Source: Ascoidea asiatica JCM 7603 (lineage: Eukaryota > Fungi > Ascomycota). From it: DNA of 64,000 nt. Position numbers and translations under genes: made by a program. The notes beneath the pieces were generated by a model that saw only the letters and a program-made list of their open reading frames with translations, was not told where the DNA came from and did not search any database. The stretch covers positions 403,307 through 467,306 of the forward strand of contig BCKQ01000005.1 of assembly GCA_001600695.1 (NCBI GenBank), written 5' to 3'. Of the stretch, positions 61,664 to 64,000 are shown in pieces; position 1 is the stretch's first letter, and every line of letters begins with the position of its first letter.

Positions 61664-64000
61664 ATGTCATTAATATCAAATACTGAAAAAATTGATACTT
61701 TTGCAAAAATTTTATCCTCAGAAGAAACTGATATAAAATTGAAAATTAAAACATTATCTGAATTATGTGAAATAACTGAAACTTTTAATACTTCAAATGA
61801 ATATAATCATTTTTTAAAAAAATTAATACCGATATTTTTCAATTTATTAAATATTATTCCAATTAATAATTATTTATATTCAAATCAACATAAATTAAGA
61901 CATTATATTTTTGAAATTTTTCAAAGATGTTTAATGAATGATTTATTTAAAATTTATTCAATTGATTTATTAAATTTATTAATGAATTTAATCAAATTAG
62001 AAAATGAAGATAATTCAATATTAATTTTACAAATTTTAATTAATTTGCATAAATCTTATAAATCTGATTTAAATATATATTTGAATCCATTTATTGATTT
62101 AATAATTCAAATTTATAAAAATGTTCCAATTTTAGTCAATGAAACTTTTAATAAAAATGTTCAAATTTTAAATAAAGATAATTTAAATTCAAACACAATT
62201 AAAATTAATCAATCTAATCAAGATAAAATTGTTATTTCTGAAAATAATTCAAATGATACTGTAATGGATGAAATAAATGAGGATCCTAACGAAAATAATA
62301 ATAATAAAGATAATCAAGAGAATAATAAGGAGAAAAATAATAACAATAATAATACTAATAATGATAATGACAATAAGGATCAAAATAAGAACAATAGTAA
62401 GAACGACAATAATAATGACAATAATAAAAATAATAATAATGATACTGACAGTAAACTACAACCTTCAAATCAATTACTATCTCTTTCTTCTCCAACTCCT
62501 GTTCTTACTCCAACTCCAAATCAAACTCCAGGCCCAATATTAACTCAAGTAAATACTCCTAATACTCCAAATCCAAATCCAAATCCGAATGCAAATTTAA
62601 ATTCAAATTCAAATATGAACACTAATTCGGATTCTCAATTTTTGAATATATCTCCAAATGCAATGCATTCTTTCAAATTAGTAGCTGAATGCCCAATTTC
62701 CACCGTAACTTTATTTTCTTCTCATAAACAATTAATTCAATCAGATTTACCAAGAATAATTCCATATATTATTGACATTTTAAAATTACAAGTCAATCAT
62801 CAAAAAAATTCAAGATTATTATCGGAATTAAATGGTAAAAAATTTACTTCAGTTTCAAACTTAATTAAAAATAGAAAAAATTATTCTGATTTTATTGCTG
62901 TTCAAGTAAAATCTGCTTCTTTTTTAGCTTATGTATTTATAAGAGGTTATTGTCAAGAAATTTTAAAATCTTATAATTCAATAATTCCTGATCTAATTTT
63001 AAGATTATTACAGGATTGCCCAAGTGAATCAAGTGCTTCAAGAAAAGAATTACTTCATGCAACTCGTCATATGCTATCAACAACTTCAAGAGATTTATTT
63101 ATACCAAAATTAGATCTATTTTATGATGAAACAATATTAATTGGTGATGCTTTAACTTCTTATGAAACTTTAAGACCTTTAGCGTATAGTATGGTTGCTG
63201 ATTTCATTCATACTATTAGAACTGAATTAAATCCAACTCAAATTAAAAAAACTGTAATAATGTTTTGCTCAAAATTATGTGACAGTTCTTTAGCAATCAC
63301 AGTACAAGTAATGAGTGCAAAATTATTATTGAACTTAATTGAAAATATTAGAAAATTAGAAAATAAATCTCATTCAAGACAACTATTTATGTTGATTATT
63401 AATGCTTTTACAAAAAGATTCCAAATTTTAAATAATGATTACAAAAGTATCATTAAAAGAAATAAAGAATATGAACTAAAATTAATTCAAATTGAGAAAA
63501 AACATTCAAATTTTAAAAATAATTTTGACCCAAATAATAATAATATTAACAATAAAGTTAAAAATATTGACTTAGATAACGATGGAGTTGAAAAATTAAT
63601 TCAAAAAGAAAAGGAAGTAGAGGTAGAGTTAGAATTAGAACTGGAATTAAATCAAAAATCAATTCAATCAAAAAATAAAGTAGAAAATCACAATAGAAAT
63701 GATAATTATGATAATAATGAAAATAATAATAAAGATCTTGATGATTCTGGTGATATTAAAATGACTGATGTATCTGAAGCTAACTCAAACAATAAAAATG
63801 AGCCCAAAACAAATGAAGAATCAAAAAATTCTAAAAATTCTATAATAGATAATAAAATTGAATTAGATGATATTTTAACTTATAAAGAACTTCTCAAACA
63901 TTCTCCAGTAATACTTTTCAATCAAAATCAGAAATCAACTGAACCTTTAAAAGAAGCAAAATATATTTTTAAAACACTTATGAACTATCTTAAAAATATA
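61664..64000 (+). CDS. TRA1: SAGA/NuA4 subunit Tra1 (N-terminal part; runs off the window; absent from ORF track)
   Basis: Manual translation MSLISNTEKIDTFAK...QHKLRHYIFEIFQRCLMND...ENEDN, SFKLVAECPI, QVKSASFLAYVFIRGY, LRLLQDCPSESSASRKELLHATRHMLST, TLRPLAYSMVADFIH, QVMSAKLLLNL. Confidence 0.95.
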   Translation, partial: MSLISNTEKIDTFAKILSSEETDIKLKIKTLSELCEITETFNTSNEYNHFLKKLIPIFFNLLNIIPINNYLYSNQHKLRHYIFEIFQRCLMNDLFKIYSIDLLNLLMNLIKLENEDNSILILQILINLHKSYKSDLNIYLNPFIDLIIQIYKNVPILVNETFNKNVQILNKDNLNSNTIKINQSNQDKIVISENNSNDTVMDEINEDPNENNNNKDNQENNKEKNNNNNNTNNDNDNKDQNKNNSKNDNNNDNNKNNNNDTDSKLQPSNQLLSLSSPTPVLTPTPNQTPGPILTQVNTPNTPNPNPNPNANLNSNSNMNTNSDSQFLNISPNAMHSFKLVAECPISTVTLFSSHKQLIQSDLPRIIPYIIDILKLQVNHQKNSRLLSELNGKKFTSVSNLIKNRKNYSDFIAVQVKSASFLAYVFIRGYCQEILKSYNSIIPDLILRLLQDCPSESSASRKELLHATRHMLSTTSRDLFIPKLDLFYDETILIGDALTSYETLRPLAYSMVADFIHTIRTELNPTQIKKTVIMFCSKLCDSSLAITVQVMSAKLLLNLIENIRKLENKSHSRQLFMLIINAFTKRFQILNNDYKSIIKRNKEYELKLIQIEKKHSNFKNNFDPNNNNINNKVKNIDLDNDGVEKLIQKEKEVEVELELELELNQKSIQSKNKVENHNRNDNYDNNENNNKDLDDSGDIKMTDVSEANSNNKNEPKTNEESKNSKNSIIDNKIELDDILTYKELLKHSPVILFNQNQKSTEPLKEAKYIFKTLMNYLKNI

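Noticed and set aside
1-64000. tRNA, rRNA, snRNA, RNase P/MRP genes and LTR retrotransposons
   Set aside because: No diagnostic motifs recognised by eye; a covariance-model search would be needed to exclude small snoRNAs.

Overview
Gene-dense, very AT-rich (roughly 25-30% GC by eye) nuclear DNA from a budding yeast (Saccharomycotina). Massive Asn-repeat expansion, GTATGT/GTAAGT...ACTAAC...AG introns and gene content would fit an Ascoidea-like lineage, but this is inference. About 27 protein-coding genes are present: SRB8/MED12 (cut by the left edge), PRM10, a probable Ego3/Slm4 roadblock protein, an FAD amine oxidase, a giant Roy1-like F-box protein, FES1, MMS4 (3 exons), SIF2, TFB4, a 4-exon YPR063C/Asterix-like gene missing from the ORF track, SPP41-like, AKR1, ELO3, STP3/4, ISW2 (ATG-only first exon), an alkyltransferase-like ATL gene, a DUF89 phosphatase, DPB4, NYV1, SCS7, CRN1 (intron), an uncharacterised fungal membrane protein, MGR2, SEC62, ATG21 and TRA1 (cut by the right edge). 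No tRNA, rRNA, CRISPR or autonomous transposon was recognised. Most notable: a 215-bp MITE-like element with perfect 29-bp terminal inverted repeats at 28413-28627; GC-rich promoter islands in an otherwise extreme-AT genome; mosaic compositional domains; strongly inflated orthologues; long poly(A) tracts inside CDSs; recurring GTCACGTG boxes ahead of vacuole/autophagy genes; and microsynteny with pre-WGD yeast gene order. All homology and synteny calls come from recalled sequences and gene names, not database searches.
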